A stretch of DNA of 64,000 bases from Bdellovibrionales bacterium (GTDB lineage Bacteria > Bdellovibrionota > Bdellovibrionia > Bdellovibrionales > UBA1609), in the NCBI GenBank assembly GCA_050246815.1, contig JBFWVI010000003.1, positions 1-64,000 of the forward strand, written 5' to 3'. Position numbers and translations under genes: made by a program. A model generated the notes under the pieces. That model made no database searches. It had not been told where the DNA came from and worked only from the letters and a program-made list of their open reading frames with translations. This document shows positions 8,126 to 16,853 of the stretch, piece after piece; the stretch's first letter is position 1, and each line of letters starts with the position of its first letter.

Positions 8126-9337
8126 GTGACTATGCGATTAAGTGAAAAAAAACGCATTGCCCTGGTCTTAAGCGGCGGCGGAGTTAAGGCAGCAGCCTTC
8201 CACATCGGCGTTTGCCTGGCCTTAAGAGAAAAGGGCTTTAAGTTCTCAGGAGGGTTAAAAGGCCCCTTGGCTGCTGAAAAACCTGGCCCGTTGACCTTTC
8301 AAATCTATGTGGGCTCCAGCGCAGGCTCAGTGATCACCACCTTCTTGGCGGCCGGCTATTCAATCGATGCGGTGATCAATGCCTTTATTCAAGGGGCAAA
8401 GTCCGAAACCCCCCTGATTCGAAGCCGGCCATCAGACGCCTATTTAAAGCCCCTGACCTACCGGGATATCTTCTCTTTGAACGTTCAGGCTGGCTATCCA
8501 ACCCGGTTTTTATCCAGTCTTTTCCGCAAGAAACCCGTGATCAGTGGTGGTTTAGAGGTTCTATTTAAGCGCGGCTTTAAAATGAATGGAGTATTCACCA
8601 CGGATAACCTTGAGCGCTACCTGCGCAAGCATGTGGTACCTGAAAACGACTTTAAAGGGCTTTCGGCGGAGCTTTACATCGTGGCTACTCAGCTAAACCA
8701 CTCGCGAAAAGTCGTGTTTGGCCCCTATTCTGAGACCACTAAAACTAAATCTATCAAGTACGCGGACTTTGCCAGTATCAGCCAGGCCTGTGCGGCATCG
8801 GCCAGTCTGCCGCCCTTTTTCTCGCCCTATGCCATAACCAATCGAAAGGGCAAAGCGATTCATTTTTTTGACGGCGAAATTCGCGACACCCTTTCAACCC
8901 ATGTGGCGGCCGATCATGGTGCTGACCTGGTGATCGCCTCGTACTCGATCCAGCCCTACCACTTTAATGAAGAGATGGGCTCGCTGCATGAGTACGGTAT
9001 TCCGATTATCTTCAACCAGGCTTTGTACCAGGTGGTCCAGCAAAAGATCGAACGCCACATCAAGCATCAGCAAAACACTCGCGCTATGATCAATGCGGTC
9101 GTCGGGTACATGCGCCAAGCCAATTTGGGCGAAGAACACATCGACAAACTGGTCGAGATCTTAGTCCAGCGCTCCAATTTCAACCCGAACGTGGATTACA
9201 TCTACATTCACCCCAGCCCCCATGATCACCACTTCTTTTTTGCAGACCACTTCAGTTTAAACCCCAAAGTTTTGGGTTCTATCGTAAGAACAGGTTTTAA
9301 GTCCGCCATGACAACGCTTCGAAGCCACAACATTTAA
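8126..9337 (+). CDS. Patatin-like phospholipase
   Basis: LVLSGGGVKA oxyanion loop, GSSAG nucleophile elbow, ASASLP, FFDGE catalytic Asp. Start may be ATG 8132. Confidence 0.9.
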   Translation: MTMRLSEKKRIALVLSGGGVKAAAFHIGVCLALREKGFKFSGGLKGPLAAEKPGPLTFQIYVGSSAGSVITTFLAAGYSIDAVINAFIQGAKSETPLIRSRPSDAYLKPLTYRDIFSLNVQAGYPTRFLSSLFRKKPVISGGLEVLFKRGFKMNGVFTTDNLERYLRKHVVPENDFKGLSAELYIVATQLNHSRKVVFGPYSETTKTKSIKYADFASISQACAASASLPPFFSPYAITNRKGKAIHFFDGEIRDTLSTHVAADHGADLVIASYSIQPYHFNEEMGSLHEYGIPIIFNQALYQVVQQKIERHIKHQQNTRAMINAVVGYMRQANLGEEHIDKLVEILVQRSNFNPNVDYIYIHPSPHDHHFFFADHFSLNPKVLGSIVRTGFKSAMTTLRSHNI

Positions 9338-9380
9338 GCTAGGCCCAAAAGAAATGATACTCTTCCGCTGATCAGGCTAG

Positions 9381-10850
9381 TTAAAGTGCGTTCAGCACCG
9401 CTTTGTACACCGGGCTGCTAAAAATTCCCAGCAGCACAACCAGCACCGCAGCGATGCTGACGAGGCCCATAGACAGGTAGCGCTCTTCGGCCACTTCGGC
9501 GCCTTCTTCATCGGCCATGTACATGTAAACGATTGGACGAAGATAATAATAAACGCCGATCACTGAGCCAAAGACGCCCCAGATCGCCAACCACACCAGC
9601 CCGGCCTTGACCGCGGCCGAGAAAATAAAGAATTTTCCAAAGAAGCCGATCGTTGGTGGAATGCCCGCCATGCTCAATAGAAAAAGCGTCAGACATAGCG
9701 CAAGCCATGGTCGACGCTTCGCCAAACCTTTTAAGTCTTCGACCTTAAGCGATGCATCTTCATCTTTTTCAAAAATACTTAAAATTCCAAATGCACCCAC
9801 GGTCATCAGCGAATACGCAACAAGGTAAAACACCACGCTCGACCCACCCAAAGGATCGGTGCCACCCAAAGCTGCCACAACCAGACCCACCATGATGTAA
9901 CCCGAATGCGCGATGCTGGAGTACGCCAACATGCGCTTGAGATTGTTTTGCATCACCGCCGCAATGTTGCCGGCCAAAATAGTGAAGGCCGCAAGCCACT
10001 GCAAAACATCGACAAAGCGTTCCGCCTGTTCACCAGCCAGGGCATCGGTGGTCATGACCCGCAAAAACAACACGAAGGTGGCGGTCTTTGCCCCTGTCGC
10101 CATAAATGCCGTCACAGGCGTCGGCGCACCTTGGTAAACATCTGGGGTCCACGCATGCAGCGGGAAAATTGAAACTTTAAAACAAAGTCCCAGAATCAAG
10201 AACACCAAACCCACCATAAACAAACGATTCGTAGCCATCAACTGATTGGCTTGCTCGGCCAAAGCTGGAATACTGGTGGTGCCCGATGTGCCAAACACAA
10301 AAGCAATCCCGTAAAGTAAAATCGCGGAAGCAAAGCTTCCTAAAAGAAAATATTTAAACGCCGCTTCTTTCGACAGCCGCTCTTCACTGCTCATGGCAAT
10401 CAAGACGTAAAGGCAGAGCGACATCATCTCAAGGCCGACAAAGAAGAATATCAAATCGTTCGACCAAGACACCAGCAACATGCCGGCCGCTGAATTCAGC
10501 AACAAGAAAACGAACTCAGAAAATTGATGATTGTTGGTCGAAAAATTTTCTCTGGCATAAATCAAGGCCATGCCCGTGACAAACACGATCAACAGGCCTG
10601 CCAGCGTTGAAAGGCCATCAAAAACCAGGGCCCCTTCAAAGGCCACATTCTTTGTGCCCCCCATCGCCACCAACCAGCCGCCTGCTGCAACCAAGCCGAC
10701 TAGGCCGTAACAAAGGGTCGCAAAAGAGTTTTGCTCTTTGTTGCCTGTGAGTACTTTGATCGCCAAAGGAATCACGCTGGCTAAAACCAAGCAGATCACC
10801 GGCATCAACTGAAGAACATCAAACCATCGAAATGAAACTGTTTGTTCCAT
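9381..10850 (-). CDS. nuoN: NADH-quinone oxidoreductase subunit N
   Basis: EAAFKYFLLG, FKVSIFPLHAWTPDVYQGAP, KRMLAYSSIAH. Confidence 0.95.
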   Translation of the reverse strand: MEQTVSFRWFDVLQLMPVICLVLASVIPLAIKVLTGNKEQNSFATLCYGLVGLVAAGGWLVAMGGTKNVAFEGALVFDGLSTLAGLLIVFVTGMALIYARENFSTNNHQFSEFVFLLLNSAAGMLLVSWSNDLIFFFVGLEMMSLCLYVLIAMSSEERLSKEAAFKYFLLGSFASAILLYGIAFVFGTSGTTSIPALAEQANQLMATNRLFMVGLVFLILGLCFKVSIFPLHAWTPDVYQGAPTPVTAFMATGAKTATFVLFLRVMTTDALAGEQAERFVDVLQWLAAFTILAGNIAAVMQNNLKRMLAYSSIAHSGYIMVGLVVAALGGTDPLGGSSVVFYLVAYSLMTVGAFGILSIFEKDEDASLKVEDLKGLAKRRPWLALCLTLFLLSMAGIPPTIGFFGKFFIFSAAVKAGLVWLAIWGVFGSVIGVYYYLRPIVYMYMADEEGAEVAEERYLSMGLVSIAAVLVVLLGIFSSPVYKAVLNAL

Positions 10851-10852
10851 AC

Positions 10853-12412
10853 TTACCGCCCGCTCACTTTGTCTGTATTGCCATTCGGCGCATCCAGCTG
10901 AGCCTCTATTTGGAGTTCATAGGCGCCCTTGTTTTTTAACAGATGCTCAATGCTGCTTTTTGAATAATCCAAGAACAGGTTGGGGAATAGTCCCATCACA
11001 AAAATCAAGATCACAAACGGCATCAGCACCGCCACCTCGCGTGCATTCAAATCCAAACCGCCTTTGGCCGCGTACTTTTTGACCATTTCGCTTTCTGGTC
11101 CAAAAAACACCCGCTTCACCATCCACAGCATATAGACCGCGCCCAGAACCACGCCGCTCACGGCGGCAATGGCATATCCTTTGTTGCTGATGTACGAACC
11201 GAGCAAAATAAAGAACTCGCCCACAAAACCATTGGTCATCGGCACTGCTATGCTCGACATGGTCACCACGATAAAGAAGATGGTGAACCAGGGCGCCGCC
11301 TTGGCCAGGCCGCCATAGTCCGAAATGGCACGCGAGTGGGTGCGTTCATAGATCATGCCCACCAACAAGAACAAGGCCCCCGTGCTGACACCGTGGTTCA
11401 GCATTTGATAAAGCCCTCCGGTGACACCATAAACGTTCAAAGCAAACAGACCCAACATCACGTAACCCATGTGCGAGACCGACGAGTAGGCCACAAGCTT
11501 TTTGATATCCGGCTGAACCATGGCAACCAAAGCGCCGTAGATGATGCCAATCACCGATAAATACAAAAACAGCCACGACCAATAATCAACGGCCTCAGGA
11601 AACAGCGGCATCGCGAAACGCAAGAAACCATAAGTACCCATCTTCAGCATCACAGCGGCAAGGATCACCGACCCTGGAGTGGGGGCCTCCACGTGAGCAT
11701 CGGGCAACCAGGTATGAAAAGGAAACATTGGCACCTTGATCGCAAACGCAAGGGCAAACGCAAAGAACATCAGTGTCTGCGCATTCAACAGCGCACCGCC
11801 AACAAAAGGAATTTCAAGCTTGTACCAATCCAAAACCGAGGCGCTCATGGCGCCCAGCTGCTGTTGCGCCATAAACATCAGGCTGATCAGCGCGACCAAC
11901 ATAAAAAGCGAGCCAAACATGGTGTAGATGAAGAACTTAACCGTGGCGTACAAGCGACGCTGGCCACCCCAAATACCGATCATAAAGTACATCGGAATTA
12001 GCGAGGCCTCGAAGAACACATAAAATAAAATTCCATCCAAGGCCAAAAACGAACCCAGCATGGAGGCTGTCAGTAAAAACAAGCTGGCATGAAAACCTTT
12101 GATCTTTTCTGAAATTGACGTCCAGCTGGCCAAGACCACCACTGGTGTTAAAAAGGTGGTCAAAAGCACCAGCCAAAACGAGATCCCATCAAGGCCCAAG
12201 AAGTACGAAATTCCCATGGCGGGCACCCAACTGAATTTCTCACTCAGCTGAACGGTAGCCAAGGACGGATCAAATTCTTTAAACAGCGCAAGGCTTAAAA
12301 TAAAGTGAGCCAACGCAAGTCCCAGCGAGACCACTCGTACAAATTTGTGGGGCGTAGCCAAAACGACCAGGGCGAATAAAACCGGCAAAAAGATCAACGT
12401 TGATAAAATCAT
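10853..12412 (-). CDS. nuoM: NADH-quinone oxidoreductase subunit M
   Basis: FAIKVPMFPFHTWLPDAHVEAPT, KKLVAYSSVSHMG. Confidence 0.96.
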   Translation of the reverse strand: MILSTLIFLPVLFALVVLATPHKFVRVVSLGLALAHFILSLALFKEFDPSLATVQLSEKFSWVPAMGISYFLGLDGISFWLVLLTTFLTPVVVLASWTSISEKIKGFHASLFLLTASMLGSFLALDGILFYVFFEASLIPMYFMIGIWGGQRRLYATVKFFIYTMFGSLFMLVALISLMFMAQQQLGAMSASVLDWYKLEIPFVGGALLNAQTLMFFAFALAFAIKVPMFPFHTWLPDAHVEAPTPGSVILAAVMLKMGTYGFLRFAMPLFPEAVDYWSWLFLYLSVIGIIYGALVAMVQPDIKKLVAYSSVSHMGYVMLGLFALNVYGVTGGLYQMLNHGVSTGALFLLVGMIYERTHSRAISDYGGLAKAAPWFTIFFIVVTMSSIAVPMTNGFVGEFFILLGSYISNKGYAIAAVSGVVLGAVYMLWMVKRVFFGPESEMVKKYAAKGGLDLNAREVAVLMPFVILIFVMGLFPNLFLDYSKSSIEHLLKNKGAYELQIEAQLDAPNGNTDKVSGR

Positions 12413-14347
12413 TTAACCCACCAAAACCCAAAAGAGTGTCAGGCATAAACCCAGCGCCGCGTAAAGGGCGTATTGCTGAACACGTCCGTTTTGCAGCGAA
12501 CGAAGCATACTGCCGGCGCCAGTGACCACATCCGAAGCAAAATACGTCGCTTTGTCGACAAAGCTGACGTCCACATAAGCCCAAAGGGCCTTGCTTCCAT
12601 CGACAATCGGGCGAATCAAACGTGAGTCATAAAATTCATCAACAAAGTACTTGTTCGCCACCAGCTCATAGACTTTGCCAAACCAGGCCGCCACTGCTTT
12701 GGGGCGTTCGGGGTGTACAACATAAAAGTCATAAGCAAACCAAGCCGATATCCCGGCAATGCTCACAGAAATGCCCATCAACGCAAATTCCAAAAGCATT
12801 GGTCCATCGCTCATCGGCACTTTGGCCAAAACCGGGGCCAGCCAATGCTCCAAATAATTTTGCGGATGGCCCGGAATCACCTGGCCCAACACATGGGGAA
12901 TGCCGATCCAGCCCCCAACCACCGACAAGACTCCAAGCACAATCAGCGGAATCGTCATCGATGGCGGCGATTCGTGCGGGTGAACACTTGCGGGCACGCG
13001 GCTTTTGCCCCAAAAGGTCAACGCCATCAACCGTGTCATATAAAAGGCCGTGCAGCCTGCCGCCACCACTCCCACCAGCCAAAGCAACGGGTGTCCATGC
13101 GAGCTAGAATACGAGCGCCACAAAATTTCGTCCTTGCTCATAAAGCCGCTGAGCATCGGAAAGCCAATGATCGCAAGCCATCCCAAAAAAAATGTCGCAT
13201 GGGTGATCGGCAAATATTTTTTGAGCCCGCCCATTTTACGAATGTCTTGCTCTTCATGCATGGCGTGAATCACGCTGCCTGATCCCAAGAACATCAGCGC
13301 TTTAAAAAACGCATGGGTCATCAAATGAAATAGGGCCGCGCCAAAAGCGCCTACTCCGGCGGCTAAAAACATAAAGCCAAGTTGAGAAACCGTTGAGTAA
13401 GCCAAAACCTTTTTTATATCCCACTGGGCCAAGCCAATTGTGGCGGCCAAAAGTGCCGTTAGCCCACCAATGATGGCAACAACCAACATGGCATTGGGTG
13501 CCAGCACAAACAAACCGCTTAAACGCACAATCATGTAGACCCCTGCCGTCACCATCGTTGCGGCATGGATCAATGCGGACACCGGCGTCGGACCCGCCAT
13601 GGCGTCGGGCAGCCAAACATAAAGCGGCAGCTGCGCCGATTTCCCGGTGGCTCCTACAAAAAGAGCCAAGCACGCCAATGTGATCGGGCCCGCCCAGCCC
13701 ACTTCAGCCACTGCGGGCAAGCGTGCCAGCAGCTCACTAAAGGTCACCGTGCCAAAGGTCATGAACAAAATAAAAATGCCGATCAAAAAACCTGCGTCGC
13801 CGATACGGTTGGTAACAAAGGCCTTCATGCCCGCAGCCGCCTTGGCCGGGTCCGTGAACCAAAAGCCGATCAGCAGGTACGAGCAAAGTCCCACACCTTC
13901 CCAACCCACAAACATCACCATCAGGTTGTCGCCCAAAACCAAGAGCAACATGTTGAACAAGAATAGATTCAAGTAGGCAAAATATTTCGCCGGGCGCTCG
14001 TCGTGGGACATGTAGCCCACGCTAAACAAGTGAATCAGCGAGCCCACGCCGGTGATCACCAAAACCATGATCGCGCTGATCTGGTCCACCACAAAGGCGG
14101 CATTGGCAGTGAAGTCGCCAATGGCCAACCAACGAAAAAAGTGCGCCTTTACCACACGCGTCTCTTCAGGCAACTGCATCAGCTGCTGCACCAACATCAG
14201 GGCACTAACAAAAGAGGTTGCTGCCGCCAGCGTTGCGATCGTGCCGGCCAGTTTGGCGTTATGGCTGCGGAAGTTTAAGCCATTAACACAAAAGCCTAGC
14301 AGCGGGGCAGCTAGTAAGACGGCGAACAACAGGGTGGTTTGGTCCAT
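12413..14347 (-). CDS. nuoL: NADH-quinone oxidoreductase subunit L
   Basis: GKSAQLPLYVWLPDAMAGPTPVSALIHAATMV, THAFFKALMF. Confidence 0.96.
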   Translation of the reverse strand: MDQTTLLFAVLLAAPLLGFCVNGLNFRSHNAKLAGTIATLAAATSFVSALMLVQQLMQLPEETRVVKAHFFRWLAIGDFTANAAFVVDQISAIMVLVITGVGSLIHLFSVGYMSHDERPAKYFAYLNLFLFNMLLLVLGDNLMVMFVGWEGVGLCSYLLIGFWFTDPAKAAAGMKAFVTNRIGDAGFLIGIFILFMTFGTVTFSELLARLPAVAEVGWAGPITLACLALFVGATGKSAQLPLYVWLPDAMAGPTPVSALIHAATMVTAGVYMIVRLSGLFVLAPNAMLVVAIIGGLTALLAATIGLAQWDIKKVLAYSTVSQLGFMFLAAGVGAFGAALFHLMTHAFFKALMFLGSGSVIHAMHEEQDIRKMGGLKKYLPITHATFFLGWLAIIGFPMLSGFMSKDEILWRSYSSSHGHPLLWLVGVVAAGCTAFYMTRLMALTFWGKSRVPASVHPHESPPSMTIPLIVLGVLSVVGGWIGIPHVLGQVIPGHPQNYLEHWLAPVLAKVPMSDGPMLLEFALMGISVSIAGISAWFAYDFYVVHPERPKAVAAWFGKVYELVANKYFVDEFYDSRLIRPIVDGSKALWAYVDVSFVDKATYFASDVVTGAGSMLRSLQNGRVQQYALYAALGLCLTLFWVLVG

Positions 14348-14349
14348 TC

Positions 14350-14676
14350 TTATCCTCGCAGCTGTTCAAAGAAGCGAATATTCACTTCGCGAAATTTTTT
14401 GTAAATCATCACGGCAATCGCAAGACCCACACCCGCTTCTGCAGCGGCAATGGTCATCACAAAAAACACCATGATCTGGCCGTTTAAATTGGCGTTGTAA
14501 TTGCTAAATGCCACGAACGTCAGGTTCACGGCGTTCAACATCAGCTCGATGCTCATCAGCATCACGATCACGTTTCGGCGCATCATCACGCCGATCATGC
14601 CGATCGTGAAAATAATAGCGGATAACGCCAGGTAGTGATTCAAACCAATTGTCATCAGGGCTTCAGTGTTTGGCAT
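14350..14676 (-). CDS. nuoK: NADH-quinone oxidoreductase subunit K
   Basis: RRNVIVMLMSIELMLNAVNL, AAAEAGVGLA. Confidence 0.96.
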   Translation of the reverse strand: MPNTEALMTIGLNHYLALSAIIFTIGMIGVMMRRNVIVMLMSIELMLNAVNLTFVAFSNYNANLNGQIMVFFVMTIAAAEAGVGLAIAVMIYKKFREVNIRFFEQLRG

Positions 14677-15199
14677 GAGTTCCTCCGCGCACGCGCGATA
14701 CGGTCACAACGCCAACCGCCACGACCAAGAGCAAAACGCCCAAAACCTCGAAGGCCAGCAGATATTTGGAATAAAGCAGGATCGACAGTTCGCGCGTGAC
14801 CGAGGCGTTGTTGGTGAGGGTGTTCACCGCCTCTTCAGGGTTCACTGAATTGGAGGTTTCTTTGATCGTGTTGATCAGGTAACCGGCAATCATCGCCGCG
14901 CTGAAAATTTTAAACAGCGCCGAAAAAAGTCCCTTGCTGAAGGCGGTCAACTCATGTTCAAGGTCAAACAACATCAACACCATCACGAACAGCACCATCA
15001 CCGCACCGGCGTAAACGATCAACTGAACTCCAGCGATAAACTGCGCGTTGAGTTGAAAATACGCCGCCGCCAGGCCGATCATCGTCATCACCAAATAAAG
15101 CGCACAGTGCACAGGATTCGGCGAGGTGATCACCTTGTAAGCGAAGAAAATCAAAAGTGCGGCGAAAAAATAAAACAACAAGGGTGTGACTGTCATCAT
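14663..15199 (-). CDS. nuoJ: NADH-quinone oxidoreductase subunit J
   Basis: NPVHCALYL, QLIVYAGAVMVLFVMVLML, YLLAFEV. Confidence 0.95.
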   Translation of the reverse strand: MMTVTPLLFYFFAALLIFFAYKVITSPNPVHCALYLVMTMIGLAAAYFQLNAQFIAGVQLIVYAGAVMVLFVMVLMLFDLEHELTAFSKGLFSALFKIFSAAMIAGYLINTIKETSNSVNPEEAVNTLTNNASVTRELSILLYSKYLLAFEVLGVLLLVVAVGVVTVSRVRGGTHAKH

Positions 15200-15200
15200 A

Positions 15201-16358
15201 CTAGCTCCAGTTCGTCCGCATAATGGCGATCACGATCGCCGTGATGATGGTGTTCGCAAGGGCCCAAGGCAACATGGTTTTCCACCCCAAATCCATCAGC
15301 TGGTCATAGCGAAAGCGCGGCAGGGTCCAACGCACCCAAATGAAAACCCACAGGAAAAAAAGCAGCTTGGTCATAAACACCACATGCAGCACCAACGCAG
15401 TCAAAACACTTGCCATGGTTGGGCTGTGGCCGGCAAACCATGCGCCAACGGTTTCTGGTGTGATCCACGGATAGACGGTGTAACCGCCAAAATAAAAAAT
15501 CGTCATCAGCGCCGAGGCCACCATCATGTGGCCGTATTCACCGATGTAGAACATGTTCATTTTAAAGCCACCGTATTCGGTGTGATAGCCTGCGACCAGC
15601 TCGCCTTCCGCTTCGGGTAAATCAAACGGCAAGCGGTTGGATTCGGCAAAGAAAGCCGTGAACAGCAAAATCGCGCCAAGTGGCTGATAGAACACGCCCC
15701 AATTGGGCAGCATCGACAGCACAACCTCTTTGCCCAAAAACTTGAAGGTCATCGGGCCACTTTGAATCGCGATCATCTCGCTAAAATTAAAGGTGTTGTA
15801 CAAAAGCAGGATTCCCACCAGCGACAGACCCAATGCCAGTTCATACGAAATCGTTTGTGCACTAGCGCGAAGAGCGCCGAACAACGAGTATTTGTTGTTT
15901 GAGCCATAGCCCGCCAAAAGCAAAGCATAAGCCGCCAGTGATGAGGCCCCTAACACAAACACAATGCCAATGCCGATTTCATAGCTTTGAAACAAAAATG
16001 TGTACGGTCCCCATGATTGGCCAAAGGCCTCAAAAGCCTCGACTTTGATGGGCGATGAAAGTGGCAAAGCGCCAAAGGCCAACGCCGCCGGAATCAGAGC
16101 TACAACCGGTGCCAAATAAAACAAGAACCGATAGCTGCGCGCGGGAACAAACTCTTCTTTGGTCAAAAATTTAACCGCATCCGCTAGCAGCTGCATAAGA
16201 CCCAAGGGGCCCACGCGGTTAGGACCAAAACGGTTTTGAATGTACGCGGACCCACGGCGCTCCACCCAAACCAGCAACGGCACCAATTGCACCATCATCA
16301 CAAAGATGATGATCATTTTAACAAAATTAATACCGACTTCGACTGCGTCTGCTCCCAT
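15201..16358 (-). CDS. nuoH: NADH-quinone oxidoreductase subunit H
   Basis: QNRFGPNRVGP, RASAQTISYE, ESNRLPFDLPEAEGELVAGY, PRFRYDQLM. Confidence 0.96.
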   Translation of the reverse strand: MGADAVEVGINFVKMIIIFVMMVQLVPLLVWVERRGSAYIQNRFGPNRVGPLGLMQLLADAVKFLTKEEFVPARSYRFLFYLAPVVALIPAALAFGALPLSSPIKVEAFEAFGQSWGPYTFLFQSYEIGIGIVFVLGASSLAAYALLLAGYGSNNKYSLFGALRASAQTISYELALGLSLVGILLLYNTFNFSEMIAIQSGPMTFKFLGKEVVLSMLPNWGVFYQPLGAILLFTAFFAESNRLPFDLPEAEGELVAGYHTEYGGFKMNMFYIGEYGHMMVASALMTIFYFGGYTVYPWITPETVGAWFAGHSPTMASVLTALVLHVVFMTKLLFFLWVFIWVRWTLPRFRYDQLMDLGWKTMLPWALANTIITAIVIAIMRTNWS

Positions 16359-16361
16359 GAT

Positions 16362-16733
16362 CTATTCCCACTCCAGAGCTCGTGATTTGATTTCCCAAAA
16401 CAGACCAAAAATAAAAACCGCTAAGAACAAACCCATTGAGGCCAAGATGTAGCCGGTCAGGCCGGACTCGATGAAGTCTCCGTAGGACAAAGCCCAGGGA
16501 TACATGAAAATGATTTCAATATCGAAAAGGATGAACAAAATTGCGGTCAGGTAGTACTTAATCGGAATTTTCGTCGAGGTGGTTTGCGACACTTCAACTC
16601 CGCATTCATAAGAATCCAAATGAGTTTTACTTTTTGAGCCCTTGGCGCCGAACAAAGAGGCCAAAAACATTAGGCCTGCCCCAAAGGCAGCAACAAAAAC
16701 TGCCAGCACAAGCACGGGTAAGAGTTGCGACAT
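16362..16733 (-). CDS. nuoA: NADH-quinone oxidoreductase subunit A
   Basis: YECG, YYLTAILFILFDIE..FMYPWA, C-terminal ALEWE. Confidence 0.96.
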   Translation of the reverse strand: MSQLLPVLVLAVFVAAFGAGLMFLASLFGAKGSKSKTHLDSYECGVEVSQTTSTKIPIKYYLTAILFILFDIEIIFMYPWALSYGDFIESGLTGYILASMGLFLAVFIFGLFWEIKSRALEWE

Positions 16734-16853
16734 GACCGCTCCCCAGAGTTTGGATGCAAGTTGAATAAAACTTCTCTATATATACTGACGGGGTTACGAG
16801 ATTCCAAGGATTATGACGCGGCTGTGTGACCCCTGGCGTCGAATGGGTGTTTC

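Noticed and set aside
9381..14676. nuoKLMN as an Mrp antiporter or hydrogenase membrane module
   Set aside because: Adjacent nuoA, nuoH and nuoJ with canonical motifs identify complex I.
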